DNA from: Candidatus Latescibacterota bacterium
Lineage (GTDB): Bacteria > Latescibacterota > UBA2968
Direction of reading: 5' to 3'
NCBI GenBank assembly: GCA_965116885.1
Contig: OZ220741.1
Location: 4,768,001-4,832,000 of the forward strand
DNA length: 64,000 nucleotides
Shown here: piece by piece, positions 1 through 9,836 of the stretch
Position numbering within the stretch: position 1 is the first letter of the stretch
Layout: every line of letters starts with the position of its first letter
Program-made: the position numbers and the translations under genes
Notes under the pieces: model-generated
What the model was told of the DNA's origin: nothing
Databases searched by the model: none
What the model saw: the letters and a program-made list of their open reading frames with translations, nothing else

Positions 1-662
1 TCCATCGGCAAATTTGGCGTGGTGTACCACAACATCACGGGCGGCGCATCTTTAGACACATAATTGATTGCCGAAGCTGCTTTAAACATCGCCCGGGCCT
101 CTGGCTTGTCGAATTCCTCGGGCGAAAATCCAAAAAATAATTGCAGTGCCTCGTGTGCATACGCCGGCCCCGAAATAATCGTCCGGATAAAATGCGGATC
201 GTAAGAACACTGCCCCTGCCACGACGCCACGCACGTCAACCGCGTGGATTGTCGGGCCACCGGATCTTCGCTTTTCGGCTTCGCTTCTTCCCCGCGAAAC
301 CCGATCCACATCGAAATCCCGGCCCCCGCAGATCCACCTCCTGCCGCCACCCGGAAAGCATCCAAATTCCACTCCTCTGCCTTCCGCCGGATAAACTGAA
401 TCGCCCGCTGGCTGTGCTCCATCGCCGCCGGATACCGATCCGTTCCCGAAAGCGGATAATTGATCGCCACCACCGAAATACCCGCTTCCAAGCAGCCTTT
501 CAGCAACACCTGCGAAATCCCTGCTTTGTCCCCACCCCGAAATCCCCCACCGTGAATATACACATACACCGGTGTCGGACCTTCCGAATCCGCCTGATAC
601 AGATCCACCACATCCCGCTCGTGATTCCCATACGCCACATCTTTAAAAGTCGGTTCGTCCAT
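1..662 (-). CDS. Alpha/beta hydrolase (HSL-family esterase/lipase), 3' end runs off the window
   Basis: Not in ORF track; translated manually from ATG at 662: MDEPTFKDVAYGNHERDVVDLY...YIHGGGFRGGDK...INYPLS...GGGSAGAG. HGGG oxyanion and GxSAG nucleophile motifs; GGGGAA RBS upstream; open to position 1. Confidence 0.85.
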   Translation of the reverse strand, partial: MDEPTFKDVAYGNHERDVVDLYQADSEGPTPVYVYIHGGGFRGGDKAGISQVLLKGCLEAGISVVAINYPLSGTDRYPAAMEHSQRAIQFIRRKAEEWNLDAFRVAAGGGSAGAGISMWIGFRGEEAKPKSEDPVARQSTRLTCVASWQGQCSYDPHFIRTIISGPAYAHEALQLFFGFSPEEFDKPEARAMFKAASAINYVSKDAPPVMLWYTTPNLPM

Positions 663-684
663 TGTTCCCCCTTAAAAATCTCAG

Positions 685-1500
685 TTATACATCCTCGAAA
701 TTGTACGTATAAGGTTTCCGATAGCATTGGTCGAGCTTACCGCGCCACTCGCCTAAAACGCCCCGCAGATCGGCATTCCGTATATTCTGGAGAAACCATT
801 CGGGAACCTCGTAATGCCGCATATTGCAGTAGAAGGGCGGAATAAATGTATAAGTCATCGAATACCGAGTATTCTCGGTCAGGATATGGGGCGCCGAATG
901 CATCAGCGATTCCGTAAACAAGAAGGCGTCTCCCGCGCTACAAGTGGCCTCAATAGGCTCACAGAACTTACTCACTGCCGCGTAGTCACCATGAACCTTG
1001 TGCGACTTATCCATGGCCCAGGTCCCACCATCACCAGGTCCCACATCCGTCAGGAACAGAAAAAAATTCAGATAAGGGAAATGATGTATTCCCGGGTGAT
1101 ACTCATCTTCGTACATTCCCCACTTTGGCGCACTGCCGCGATGCCAGCCCTTCTTATAGCTCATGTCTTGCTTGTATTTTTGGACCTCTTTAGCGTTATG
1201 ACGAAAATCAGCAGGTCGCTTGATAAAAGCCCAGGAATTCTTGAGTGTGGCTGCAATGCCGCCGATCTCGGTGTAAGCTTCCAGAATGCAGGGGATTTTG
1301 ATGAACTCGATAAAAGAGTCGTCCCGAAGAATGAGGGTATCTATTCGAGTGGTCGTCATGTCATTGCCCGTCAGCGACCAAATACCAGACGCGATGCGAT
1401 CTAACGTGGACTTATAAGCGTTTATTTTTTTTGCATCCAATACGCCCTCCAGCCGCACCCAACCGTGTTCTTCAAAATGCTGACGCATTTCTGATATCAT
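685..1500 (-). CDS. Phytanoyl-CoA dioxygenase (PhyH) family Fe(II)/2OG enzyme with HxG iron motif
   Basis: F.EHGWVRLEGVL start, WHRG, LTDVGPGDGGT...SHK, AGDAFLFTESLMH. Confidence 0.8.
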   Translation of the reverse strand: MISEMRQHFEEHGWVRLEGVLDAKKINAYKSTLDRIASGIWSLTGNDMTTTRIDTLILRDDSFIEFIKIPCILEAYTEIGGIAATLKNSWAFIKRPADFRHNAKEVQKYKQDMSYKKGWHRGSAPKWGMYEDEYHPGIHHFPYLNFFLFLTDVGPGDGGTWAMDKSHKVHGDYAAVSKFCEPIEATCSAGDAFLFTESLMHSAPHILTENTRYSMTYTFIPPFYCNMRHYEVPEWFLQNIRNADLRGVLGEWRGKLDQCYRKPYTYNFEDV

Positions 1501-3776
1501 AACCCTCTCCTATTAACCCAGATTGGACTCGACCATGCGAAATCGCCCTGTGCCACCTGCAAATTACCACAGCGCCCACCCATCGGCACCCGGCGAAGTG
1601 GCTTTAGTCGTACCTCTACATAATAAAAATGTTCTCCAACACCTGGCTCGTCCTCAAACCTCAAAACGGCCTGTTGTTTTCCGACCCATTGCTCCTGTAC
1701 CTGCTCTCCATCCCTGAACAGCGCAATCTCCTGCACCATTCGGGATGCCTGTACCCTGCAGATTAAGTGTACCTGCCCAGCCACCCTCACCCCCGATCCC
1801 ATCGGCATTCCGTTCACCCGTACATCCATCATAACACGAGCACCGTTGGTGGCAAAACACCGCCGTGCCCACAGGGCTTCAAATAGCGCCTCCCGGGTCA
1901 GAGCCTCCGCCCACACACCCGTCAGAGCACCGCCCATCCCGGGCACAATCCGATGGGAATCGCTATTCCCCATAAACGCCAGGCGATAGCCCTGCCGCAG
2001 TGCCTTTGGAATCGTATCCCGCATCTGAATGTAAATATCCCAGCACGAACACAGTTCCACCCCCCCGAGCCGACTGCTCGGAATCACCCACCAGGTGGGA
2101 TGGTGCGGAAATGTGAACGCCCGCGTCCTCTCCATCGCTGCCACCCACTTCTCCAGTGTATCCGCATCGGACTCGGTAAAATGATACAGCGGCACTTCTC
2201 CGTCCGGAAATAGCATAATCCGATGATTCGGTCCGCTCTCCGATTCCTTGCGATAGGTGCGTTCATAGGCGGGGACAGCCACAAATCGTCCCGGATCGTC
2301 AAAGTGATCGGCCTCCGCCAGGATCAACTCGAGCTCAGATGGCGTGAGAATATTATCGTAAAGCGCATCATTATCCGTCACCGCCATAAAATCCAGCCGT
2401 GCCTTGTAGCGCCCATACGCGTAATTCTCGTCGATCTCGCCCTCTGCATCACCCGACAGATTGCCGTGACAATGGAGATCTCCCCAATAAAGCTTATAGG
2501 TCTTTCCCCCCACCTTTATTTCGGGCCGCCGATCAAAAACAGGCGGTTCGGGCAGTCGGATCGGCCGCCACGACCGCCACGCCGAAGCCGGACGTTCCTC
2601 CACGGGCTGCGCCCGATCCAGTGGCAAATACCCGGCACAGATATCCGCATAATATCGCCCTTCGGAAATCTGGGCGGCAAACGGCAACCTCCCATCCACC
2701 ACAGGTAAATCTCCGTTCACCGTATAGGCGTGTACCTGCCCATCCACCTCACAGGACCGCCCCTGATTTCTCCCGGTCAGGGGACGAGCGTAAAACAGCG
2801 CATCTGGACCGTGCCGGTTGACCAACTCGTCCTCTTTGCGCTCGTACAGAACCCAGACATCCCCATCCGTCTCCCGCACAATCTGCGGCCGTCGCCGCCA
2901 TCCCACAAATCCCATATAATGCTCGCGCCCCAGCAATCCATCGTAGAGATGCGCCACATACCCTTCGGGCATAGTGCGATCCGATCCCCTATAGGGTGTC
3001 CAGGACCGGCCATCAAAATGCGAAGCCATCGCCTCCACTTTGTGATCCACAAAACCTTTGGGATGGATCACATCGCGCGTGACCGTCCACGTCGCCCAGA
3101 CCCCGTCTGATCCGTCGGGACACAACCTCGGAAACAACTCCCAGTCATCTGTAAGCGAAAACTTCCTCGGCTTTCCAATCCCATCCGGCGTCCACTTTCT
3201 CAAAAACAGATCACATGCCCCATTTCGGAGCGTCTGGTAAGCCACCCAAGCACCCCCGGCATGACCACACAGCACGGGTCGATAGTGATCTCCCCCACCC
3301 AGCGACAGATCCACGGCTTCAGTCCAGTGACCCCCATCCAGACATCGCCCAAATATCCGACGCCTTTTACCCACCAGCGCAGTCCAGACTACCCATATCC
3401 TACCCTCACCATCTGAAGTCACATTTGGGAAAGCCAGACTCGCATCCGCTTCTGCCAGTCGCACCACCTCGCCCATTTCGCCAGCAGATCGGGCCAGCAC
3501 GCACCACCGTCCCTCCCGCACAGCGCACCACACCACCCACACGGCATCACCCCCACACGCAATCCGCGGCTGAAAATTGATCCCCGCCTCTTCGCTCACC
3601 GATAGCAGAGGACCTCGCTGCTGACCATTAAAAGACCGCGCCAGAATCCGATCTTCTTTGGGCCTGTACCCGTGCCAGGCCACCCAGAACCGACCAGACC
3701 CATCCACAGTCAGCGCCGGATCTTTATCCACATGCCCGCGGCGATGCTCCGACAATCGAATTTGCAAACGCCCCAT
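1497..3776 (-). CDS. PHP-like metallohydrolase (DUF3604/CehA-McbA-like) with N-terminal beta-propeller-like repeats
   Basis: YWGDLHCHGNLS, DFMAVTDN, FPHHP, GNSDSH, GALTGVWA, AWSSPIWV; start placed at MGRLQ (GGAG RBS) rather than ORF-track 3875. Confidence 0.7.
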   Translation of the reverse strand: MGRLQIRLSEHRRGHVDKDPALTVDGSGRFWVAWHGYRPKEDRILARSFNGQQRGPLLSVSEEAGINFQPRIACGGDAVWVVWCAVREGRWCVLARSAGEMGEVVRLAEADASLAFPNVTSDGEGRIWVVWTALVGKRRRIFGRCLDGGHWTEAVDLSLGGGDHYRPVLCGHAGGAWVAYQTLRNGACDLFLRKWTPDGIGKPRKFSLTDDWELFPRLCPDGSDGVWATWTVTRDVIHPKGFVDHKVEAMASHFDGRSWTPYRGSDRTMPEGYVAHLYDGLLGREHYMGFVGWRRRPQIVRETDGDVWVLYERKEDELVNRHGPDALFYARPLTGRNQGRSCEVDGQVHAYTVNGDLPVVDGRLPFAAQISEGRYYADICAGYLPLDRAQPVEERPASAWRSWRPIRLPEPPVFDRRPEIKVGGKTYKLYWGDLHCHGNLSGDAEGEIDENYAYGRYKARLDFMAVTDNDALYDNILTPSELELILAEADHFDDPGRFVAVPAYERTYRKESESGPNHRIMLFPDGEVPLYHFTESDADTLEKWVAAMERTRAFTFPHHPTWWVIPSSRLGGVELCSCWDIYIQMRDTIPKALRQGYRLAFMGNSDSHRIVPGMGGALTGVWAEALTREALFEALWARRCFATNGARVMMDVRVNGMPMGSGVRVAGQVHLICRVQASRMVQEIALFRDGEQVQEQWVGKQQAVLRFEDEPGVGEHFYYVEVRLKPLRRVPMGGRCGNLQVAQGDFAWSSPIWVNRRGL

Positions 3777-3816
3777 ACTCCGCAATCCTTTCGTGAAACG
3801 TCCCCTTCCAAAAACC

Positions 3817-4854
3817 CTACGGTGTTTGAAATTTTCGGAACTTTGTCCGAAACCTCGGTGTTTCAAGCACATCACGGTTCACCACAGCCTCGGGAATCTC
3901 ACCCCGAAGAATCTGCGCGGCCTGACGGAATTTATCGCGCCAGGCACCTTCAAAGTATTCATCGGTATGCCCCAGAGAGTGCGGGGATACGACGACATTA
4001 TCCATTTTGAGAATCGGATTGTTGGGATCAACAGGCTCCTGTTCGAACACATCCAATCCGGCCCCTCGAATCCATCCCTGCTGCAGCGCCTGAATGAGCG
4101 CTGCTTCGTCAACAACTGAGCCGCGCGAGGTGTTGATCAGGTAGGCCGTGGATTTCATTTTGCGCAATTCTTCTTTCCCAATCAGATGGTGTGTCTCTGC
4201 GCTAAATGGAACGCTGATGCTCAGGAAGTCGGACTCGGACAGAATCGTATCCATATCTACCAGATCTGCGCCGATATCGGACACAGCGTCCTGTTCTACG
4301 TAGGGGTCACAGGCAAGGTGCCGCATCCCGAACGGTCTGGCCAGTAAAAACATCTCATGGCCGATGTTGCCGACGCCGATGGAACCGAGGGTCTTGCCGG
4401 TCAGACCTTCACCGTGATACGCATCCCGTTCCGACCAGCGTCCCTGGCGGGTTATTCTGTCTTTGTTAATCAGTCGCATCGCGAGCGCCAGAATGAAGGT
4501 GATGATAGTACAGGCCATTGGCCGGCGAACCGCGTCGGGAGCAAAGCAGAGCATGACGCCCGCCTGGGTGAGAGCCTGAACATCGAGGTGGTCGTATCCC
4601 ACGCCGGTGTAGAGGACTGCGATCAGTTGGTCGTTTTCCGCAAGTGAGCGCTTTGTCCAGTGAGCGGTCCAGGAGATAACCATATCACATCCACGTATCT
4701 GTTCGGCGCCGACTTCTGGCAGAAACCGATCAAATATCCGGTACTCGACTTCGGGCATCTCATTGAACAGTTCCAGCCCCGGGCCGGGAATGGCCAGATT
4801 TCCAGCCGGATCAAAGAAATCTCTGGTAATTCCGAGTCTGACTTTCCTCTCCAT
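3817..4854 (-). CDS. D-isomer-specific 2-hydroxyacid dehydrogenase (NAD-binding)
   Basis: GVGYDHLD, GSIGVGNIG, INTSRG, GAGLDVFEQEP, SPH motifs. Confidence 0.9.
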   Translation of the reverse strand: MERKVRLGITRDFFDPAGNLAIPGPGLELFNEMPEVEYRIFDRFLPEVGAEQIRGCDMVISWTAHWTKRSLAENDQLIAVLYTGVGYDHLDVQALTQAGVMLCFAPDAVRRPMACTIITFILALAMRLINKDRITRQGRWSERDAYHGEGLTGKTLGSIGVGNIGHEMFLLARPFGMRHLACDPYVEQDAVSDIGADLVDMDTILSESDFLSISVPFSAETHHLIGKEELRKMKSTAYLINTSRGSVVDEAALIQALQQGWIRGAGLDVFEQEPVDPNNPILKMDNVVVSPHSLGHTDEYFEGAWRDKFRQAAQILRGEIPEAVVNRDVLETPRFRTKFRKFQTP

Positions 4855-4889
4855 ATATCCTCTCCTGAATTCTTACTGGAGATCCCCGT

Positions 4890-5666
4890 TTACGGAATCG
4901 CCATTCTGAAAATGGGGTGATTATCGGATGCGTTTGAAAGACACCCGTGGCGATTCACAAGCGGGATCATATCCGTAGTAATGTGATCCACGTTGATATA
5001 GCGGTAGATCAGGGAACGGCGCCGGTTAGAAGACGTGTTGGAATCAGAGCCGTGGGGCAGGCACAGGTGAAAAAAGAGGGCATCACCCGCATTCAGAACA
5101 ACGGGCACGGCATCGGTGGTATCAAATTCTCCCTCGTCAAACCAGGGCTGGTCCGAATTGGGGCGTTTCAGGATGCCCTGCCGGTGCAAACCGGGCACGA
5201 CTTGAAGACAGCCGTTTTCCGGAGTCGCCTCATCTACAGCGATCCAGACAGTGGCAACTGGGAGAGGTATTGAACAAAAATAAGGCGCGTCCTGATGCCA
5301 GGCATGGGCAGACCCGTAGAAAGCGGGTTTGAGTTGGGCTTCGTCGCCGAAAAAACGCAGGTTATCGCCCAGAATATCCCGCATACACGACAGAATGGGT
5401 TCACAGGTAGCCACAGACCGAAAGAAAGAATCGTGCCGGACGACGCGGCTGACTTTGCGAATGCGGTTCAGGGGATTATCGGGACGAATATCCAGGCGCT
5501 GGACCTCGGGTTCGACCTGCACGGCAATCCCGGAATCGAGTTGCCCGAGCGCAGCGCGATCCAGGTGATCGGCGATCTCTTTGAGAAGCCCCGGCGGAAT
5601 GAGTCCCTCTACAATGGTAAAACCATCTGCGTGGTAATCCCGGATTTGATCTGGAGTGAGAGTCAT
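4890..5666 (-). CDS. PhyH family dioxygenase (canonical HxD...H)
   Basis: WHQD, WIAVDEATPENGCL, PHGS. Confidence 0.9.
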   Translation of the reverse strand: MTLTPDQIRDYHADGFTIVEGLIPPGLLKEIADHLDRAALGQLDSGIAVQVEPEVQRLDIRPDNPLNRIRKVSRVVRHDSFFRSVATCEPILSCMRDILGDNLRFFGDEAQLKPAFYGSAHAWHQDAPYFCSIPLPVATVWIAVDEATPENGCLQVVPGLHRQGILKRPNSDQPWFDEGEFDTTDAVPVVLNAGDALFFHLCLPHGSDSNTSSNRRRSLIYRYINVDHITTDMIPLVNRHGCLSNASDNHPIFRMAIP

Positions 5667-5696
5667 AAAAACCTACCTTTTTTAATCCTGGATGGG

Positions 5697-5758
5697 TCTT
5701 TATCTACATGCCCGCGGCGATGCTCTGACAATCGAATTTGCAAACGCCCCATACTCCG
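5697..5758 (-). repeat. 62-bp direct duplicate of the 5' end of the PHP-like hydrolase gene (copy at 3721-3782)
   Basis: 60 of 62 positions identical by manual alignment. Confidence 0.95.
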
Positions 5759-5862
5759 ATCTCCTCGAAATCATCCCAAGGGTCTCAAGATGACTTTTAT
5801 TTTCGGGAATAATTTGTATATTGCTCATAAGAACTCTGATACAATTCCCGGAGAAACCAACA

Positions 5863-7113
5863 GTGACAACAAACACCATTCGCGTGGGCATCATCGGAAC
5901 TGGCAGCCGCGGCATCAACTGTATTGGCCATCAAATTGCCGAACAAGCCAGTGACCTGGACATCACAATCACCGCCTTCTGCAACCGCACAGAAAGCCGC
6001 ATGCACATCGCCCTTGAAGATGTGAATAGAATCGCGACAGCAGCGGGCAACAGTATCTTTTCTCCCACCTTCTACAGCGATCCAATAGCCCTGATCTCGG
6101 ACGACAACGTAGATCTGGTCGTCATCACCACGCCCACGGCAGCCCATCGCGAAGCCGCAATACCCGCACTGCGCTCGGGCAAAAAAGTCTATCTGGACAA
6201 GCCCATTGCACATACGCTTGAAGATGCCATAGCCATTCAAAAAGAAGAGTACAAAACAAATAATCCGATGATCATGGGTTTTACCAGACGCTATGAACAG
6301 CCCTGGATAGAACTCTACAACCTGCTGAAAAGCGGTGTCATCGGCGACCTCAAAATGATGCTCATCCGCTCTGTAATCCCCTACACGCATTATTTTATGA
6401 CCTGGCACCGCACGCGTGCCTTGAGCGGTGGTGCGCTCAACGACAAGGCATCGCACTACACGGACGTATTCAACTGGTTTGCGGGCGGCCACTGTCTCCA
6501 GGTCAACGCCTTTGGGGGACGCAACCTCTTTGAAGTGCGCGAAGACGCCCCCGAATTTTGTGCCGTCTGCGACGACTGGACCTGTCCCTATCGAGCGGAG
6601 TTGGTCGAAACGGGTACACAGGATCAGGCCCGGGGCGCGATTGACCAGACCTTCGCCCAGGAAACCGATCCCATGCGCCGAAAAGACAACTGCGTATATA
6701 AACCCGGCGCAGACATCTTCGACCACGCATCCATCCACTTCCAGTACGACAACGGAATCGTCGCCTCCATCTTCTACGCCATTTACGGTCCCCAAGCCGA
6801 AGACGAAGAAACCTTTGAACTCGTCGGCACAAAAGGCCGAATGATCCTGACGCGCCTGAAAGGCGAAATCGACCTCGTAACGGACTATGGGGAACGCAGA
6901 GAAGAAATCATACAATGCAAAGCCGAAGCCTTTGAAACCTCTCACTTCGGTGCAGACCGCAAACTGATTCAGGAAATTGCCAAATTTGCCCGCGGCGGTC
7001 CATCCCCAGTAGATGGACAATACGGCATGGAAGCCACGCGAATGATCCTATCTGCAATGCAATCCATCGACCAGGGCGGCGAAACCATCCGCCTCACCAA
7101 CGGATCAATATAA
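5863..7113 (+). CDS. Gfo/Idh/MocA family oxidoreductase
   Basis: IRVGIIGTGSRG, DKP motif, GFTRRY, SGGALNDKASHYTD; GTG start after GGAGA. Confidence 0.9.
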   Translation: MTTNTIRVGIIGTGSRGINCIGHQIAEQASDLDITITAFCNRTESRMHIALEDVNRIATAAGNSIFSPTFYSDPIALISDDNVDLVVITTPTAAHREAAIPALRSGKKVYLDKPIAHTLEDAIAIQKEEYKTNNPMIMGFTRRYEQPWIELYNLLKSGVIGDLKMMLIRSVIPYTHYFMTWHRTRALSGGALNDKASHYTDVFNWFAGGHCLQVNAFGGRNLFEVREDAPEFCAVCDDWTCPYRAELVETGTQDQARGAIDQTFAQETDPMRRKDNCVYKPGADIFDHASIHFQYDNGIVASIFYAIYGPQAEDEETFELVGTKGRMILTRLKGEIDLVTDYGERREEIIQCKAEAFETSHFGADRKLIQEIAKFARGGPSPVDGQYGMEATRMILSAMQSIDQGGETIRLTNGSI

Positions 7114-7123
7114 AGGAGGAAAA

Positions 7124-7942
7124 ATGACACCCATACCCATGACCGACGAGCAAAAATTCTTCTTCGACCTTCGCGGCTGGATCCTGCTACCATCTATATT
7201 ATCAGCAGCCGAAATAGAAGAGATGAAAGCCGAAGTATATGCCGGCGCCAGGCGAAGTTATGAGGGCGCACTTCAGAACCTGCTGGACCACCCGGCAATC
7301 GTCGGCATTCTAAACGAAATCCTATCCGAAGACCCCTTTGTGAAAGACGACTGCTACGGCTTCCGCTGCGAAGGCTCCTTCACCACCGTGCGGCCTCCCG
7401 GATGGGACAAATCGGAACGGGGAGACAACGGCATGCCCCACGTCGTGCGTCCACCCCAGCGAGCCAACGCCATGCGCTATCAGGTCGCGGGAAATAAAAT
7501 TTTTGCCGGGCTGACCCGGGTCGTGTGGGAACTCGAGGAAGTGGTGGCAGGACAGGGCGGCACCTCTTTTCTCAGCGGGTCACACAAAGCGCACTTCAGT
7601 TACGGCGGTCCGGATCCGTTTCGACCAAATATCGGCGGCTCACCCTATGAATCCAGCATGAGAGACACAATGGAAGATTATAGCTGTCCCGCAGGCTCGG
7701 TGGTTATCTTCACAGAAAGCCTGATCCACGCGGCCAACGACTGGATCAACCCGAACAACCCGAGATGCGCGGTCTTCAACTGCTACAACTCCATCTGGGC
7801 GCAGTGGCACCGCCTCAACCTCGACCACGAAACAATCGAAGCCATGCCCCCGATGCGGCGAACGCTCTTCCGCGGCACCTGGGCAATCGGCGGCGGTCCC
7901 AATGGAAACCGCGAGTACTCGCTGGATAACAGAACCGTCTAA
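7124..7942 (+). CDS. PhyH-like Fe/2OG enzyme lacking the acidic iron ligand (HVV)
   Basis: FFFDLRGWILLP, PHVV, TRVVWEL...GGT.F..GSHK, FTESLIH; AGGAGG RBS. Confidence 0.8.
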   Translation: MTPIPMTDEQKFFFDLRGWILLPSILSAAEIEEMKAEVYAGARRSYEGALQNLLDHPAIVGILNEILSEDPFVKDDCYGFRCEGSFTTVRPPGWDKSERGDNGMPHVVRPPQRANAMRYQVAGNKIFAGLTRVVWELEEVVAGQGGTSFLSGSHKAHFSYGGPDPFRPNIGGSPYESSMRDTMEDYSCPAGSVVIFTESLIHAANDWINPNNPRCAVFNCYNSIWAQWHRLNLDHETIEAMPPMRRTLFRGTWAIGGGPNGNREYSLDNRTV

Positions 7943-9702
7943 CGGCCCGCTCTATTCCGCATCTGTTCAACCACTGGCGTCGTTGGTGCTTCCCCACTAT
8001 AAAGTGCCTGCCCTCGCTCGTAGGACACCTCCACTTCCCCATCTTTCACCTCGAGCCGGGGCACGTTGTAATCGCGCGCATCCCGATCCGTGCCGCGCAT
8101 CACGGTCAAATGCGCGTCCGTCATGCCCTCCACCATGTCGTCGCCCCACCGGTTCCACGGATGCACTATCTCCCCGCCACTGCGGTGAAAACTCCGCGAC
8201 GAGTATTTGATCAGGATTCCCCGCCGCGGGATGGGATTCTTCCACGCCGTAGTGCCATGCGTCGTCGCCCCATCTGCAAAAAACAGCACATCTCCCGCCT
8301 CCATCACCAACTGCTTCACCAGCCCCATGTCGTCGTCACAGGACCGCACGCCCGGCGGCGTCGGGTATTTCCCCTTGTGAGATCCCGGAACACAGGCAAA
8401 CCCGCCAAGACCGGGCGGCACATCCCGCAACTGCCATGTAATCGTCACCGCCTCCGAATAGCTCCGCCCGTTCTGGAACTGATAGCCCATCGGCGGATAC
8501 ATCGGTTCCCCGGAATCGTGCAACGCATGGCCAGACGTCCCCTGAACCGAGCAAAACGCCGAAGGCCCGCTCATTCGCGCACCACTCCCGCCCATCCACG
8601 TCAACCTGTGTTGCACAGGCGGGTGCGCCACCATCTTCCGAAACGGCTCGCAATACGGCTCGGGAAGATCCAGCAAACCACCCAGCACCGGACGCCCCGT
8701 ACCCGCCAGACTCTTCGACCCCCGCGACAATTCCTCCTGCACCACAATCTGATCCTCAAACTTGTCAACTGCCTCGTTCGCCGTCTCCAACCATTCCTCG
8801 TCCATCACACCCTTGAGAATCAAATACCCGTTCAATTCCCAAAAATAGAACTCTTTTTCATCGATATTGGAATTGGGATCCCGACTGTAAATTGAAGGGT
8901 GAAACACCTCGCGCGATTCATCTATTTTTACCGTCTCGCCATCTGTCACAATCACCGGTGGAGGCGTCGAATACGCATAATCCGGTTTGTAAAGCGACGC
9001 GCGTTGTTCGGGGCTAATCGCCGCATGCCAATCCGGAGAGGGATCCTCCGCAACCATTGGACCCGTCCCCGCAGACTGAATCGCCGCCCGCCCCACATAC
9101 TCGTAGCTCAACAATCTCCGAGACGCTTCGCTCGGCCGCACCCCCTGCAACACCGTCCCCGCCACCAGAAACAGATCCCCGGCCTTCAGCTTCGGTTGGA
9201 ACGTCAGACCCATGTCGTCCTCACCAGTAGCTACGTCCTCTGGCGTCTCCACATTCACCTTGTGGGTACACGGCACCATCACGAACCCACCATCGCCCTC
9301 TTCCACATCCTCAAGCGCCCAGATCGCCCGCACGGCCTGGCAATACCGGCGACCATTCTGAAAATAGTACGCCCTGGCAGGATTTCTCGGTTCATTGCCC
9401 CCCACCAGAGGTGCTTCTACATCATAGGTCTCATCGCACAACAACTCTGGCTCCCGGTCCAGCCGGAACCCATAGCCCACGATCTGATTCAAATACCACA
9501 CCAATTGTGGATGAATCATCAAATCCCGAAACAGATCCCGAAGCGGGGAATCCCATCTCAGCATCCCCTCACTCTGCCCCCCCTTGTCCAGCGCCTCATT
9601 CAGCGCCTTCACCTCACCTCGGTTCAACACGCCCGGGATGTGCAAATAGCCTGCCACATCAAAGCAGTAATTCTCCTCGTTGCTCATCGCTTCCCGGTCC
9701 AT
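7939..9702 (-). CDS. Tandem two-domain PhyH-like protein
   Basis: Two repeats of Y.FD/WE..GYL...W.L.DV..G.GGF..VP..HK; C-terminal domain has LHDS and THG; AGGAGG RBS. Confidence 0.85.
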   Translation of the reverse strand: MDREAMSNEENYCFDVAGYLHIPGVLNRGEVKALNEALDKGGQSEGMLRWDSPLRDLFRDLMIHPQLVWYLNQIVGYGFRLDREPELLCDETYDVEAPLVGGNEPRNPARAYYFQNGRRYCQAVRAIWALEDVEEGDGGFVMVPCTHKVNVETPEDVATGEDDMGLTFQPKLKAGDLFLVAGTVLQGVRPSEASRRLLSYEYVGRAAIQSAGTGPMVAEDPSPDWHAAISPEQRASLYKPDYAYSTPPPVIVTDGETVKIDESREVFHPSIYSRDPNSNIDEKEFYFWELNGYLILKGVMDEEWLETANEAVDKFEDQIVVQEELSRGSKSLAGTGRPVLGGLLDLPEPYCEPFRKMVAHPPVQHRLTWMGGSGARMSGPSAFCSVQGTSGHALHDSGEPMYPPMGYQFQNGRSYSEAVTITWQLRDVPPGLGGFACVPGSHKGKYPTPPGVRSCDDDMGLVKQLVMEAGDVLFFADGATTHGTTAWKNPIPRRGILIKYSSRSFHRSGGEIVHPWNRWGDDMVEGMTDAHLTVMRGTDRDARDYNVPRLEVKDGEVEVSYERGQALYSGEAPTTPVVEQMRNRAGR

Positions 9703-9836
9703 CGGTGACCTCCTGTAAGAAGATTGGGGTTTATTAGTGCATTTAATACATAGTACAGCATTTTTTGGATCAATTCAAAATAAAAATGATTATACTGTTA
9801 CAAAGGTAGCAATTAACAGAAAAGGAGTGACAAAAT

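Noticed and set aside
1..63. Plus-strand frame ending ...ITGGASLDT*, resembling the phosphoglycerate kinase C-terminus
   Set aside because: Weak resemblance; the minus strand carries a clear esterase ORF through this interval.
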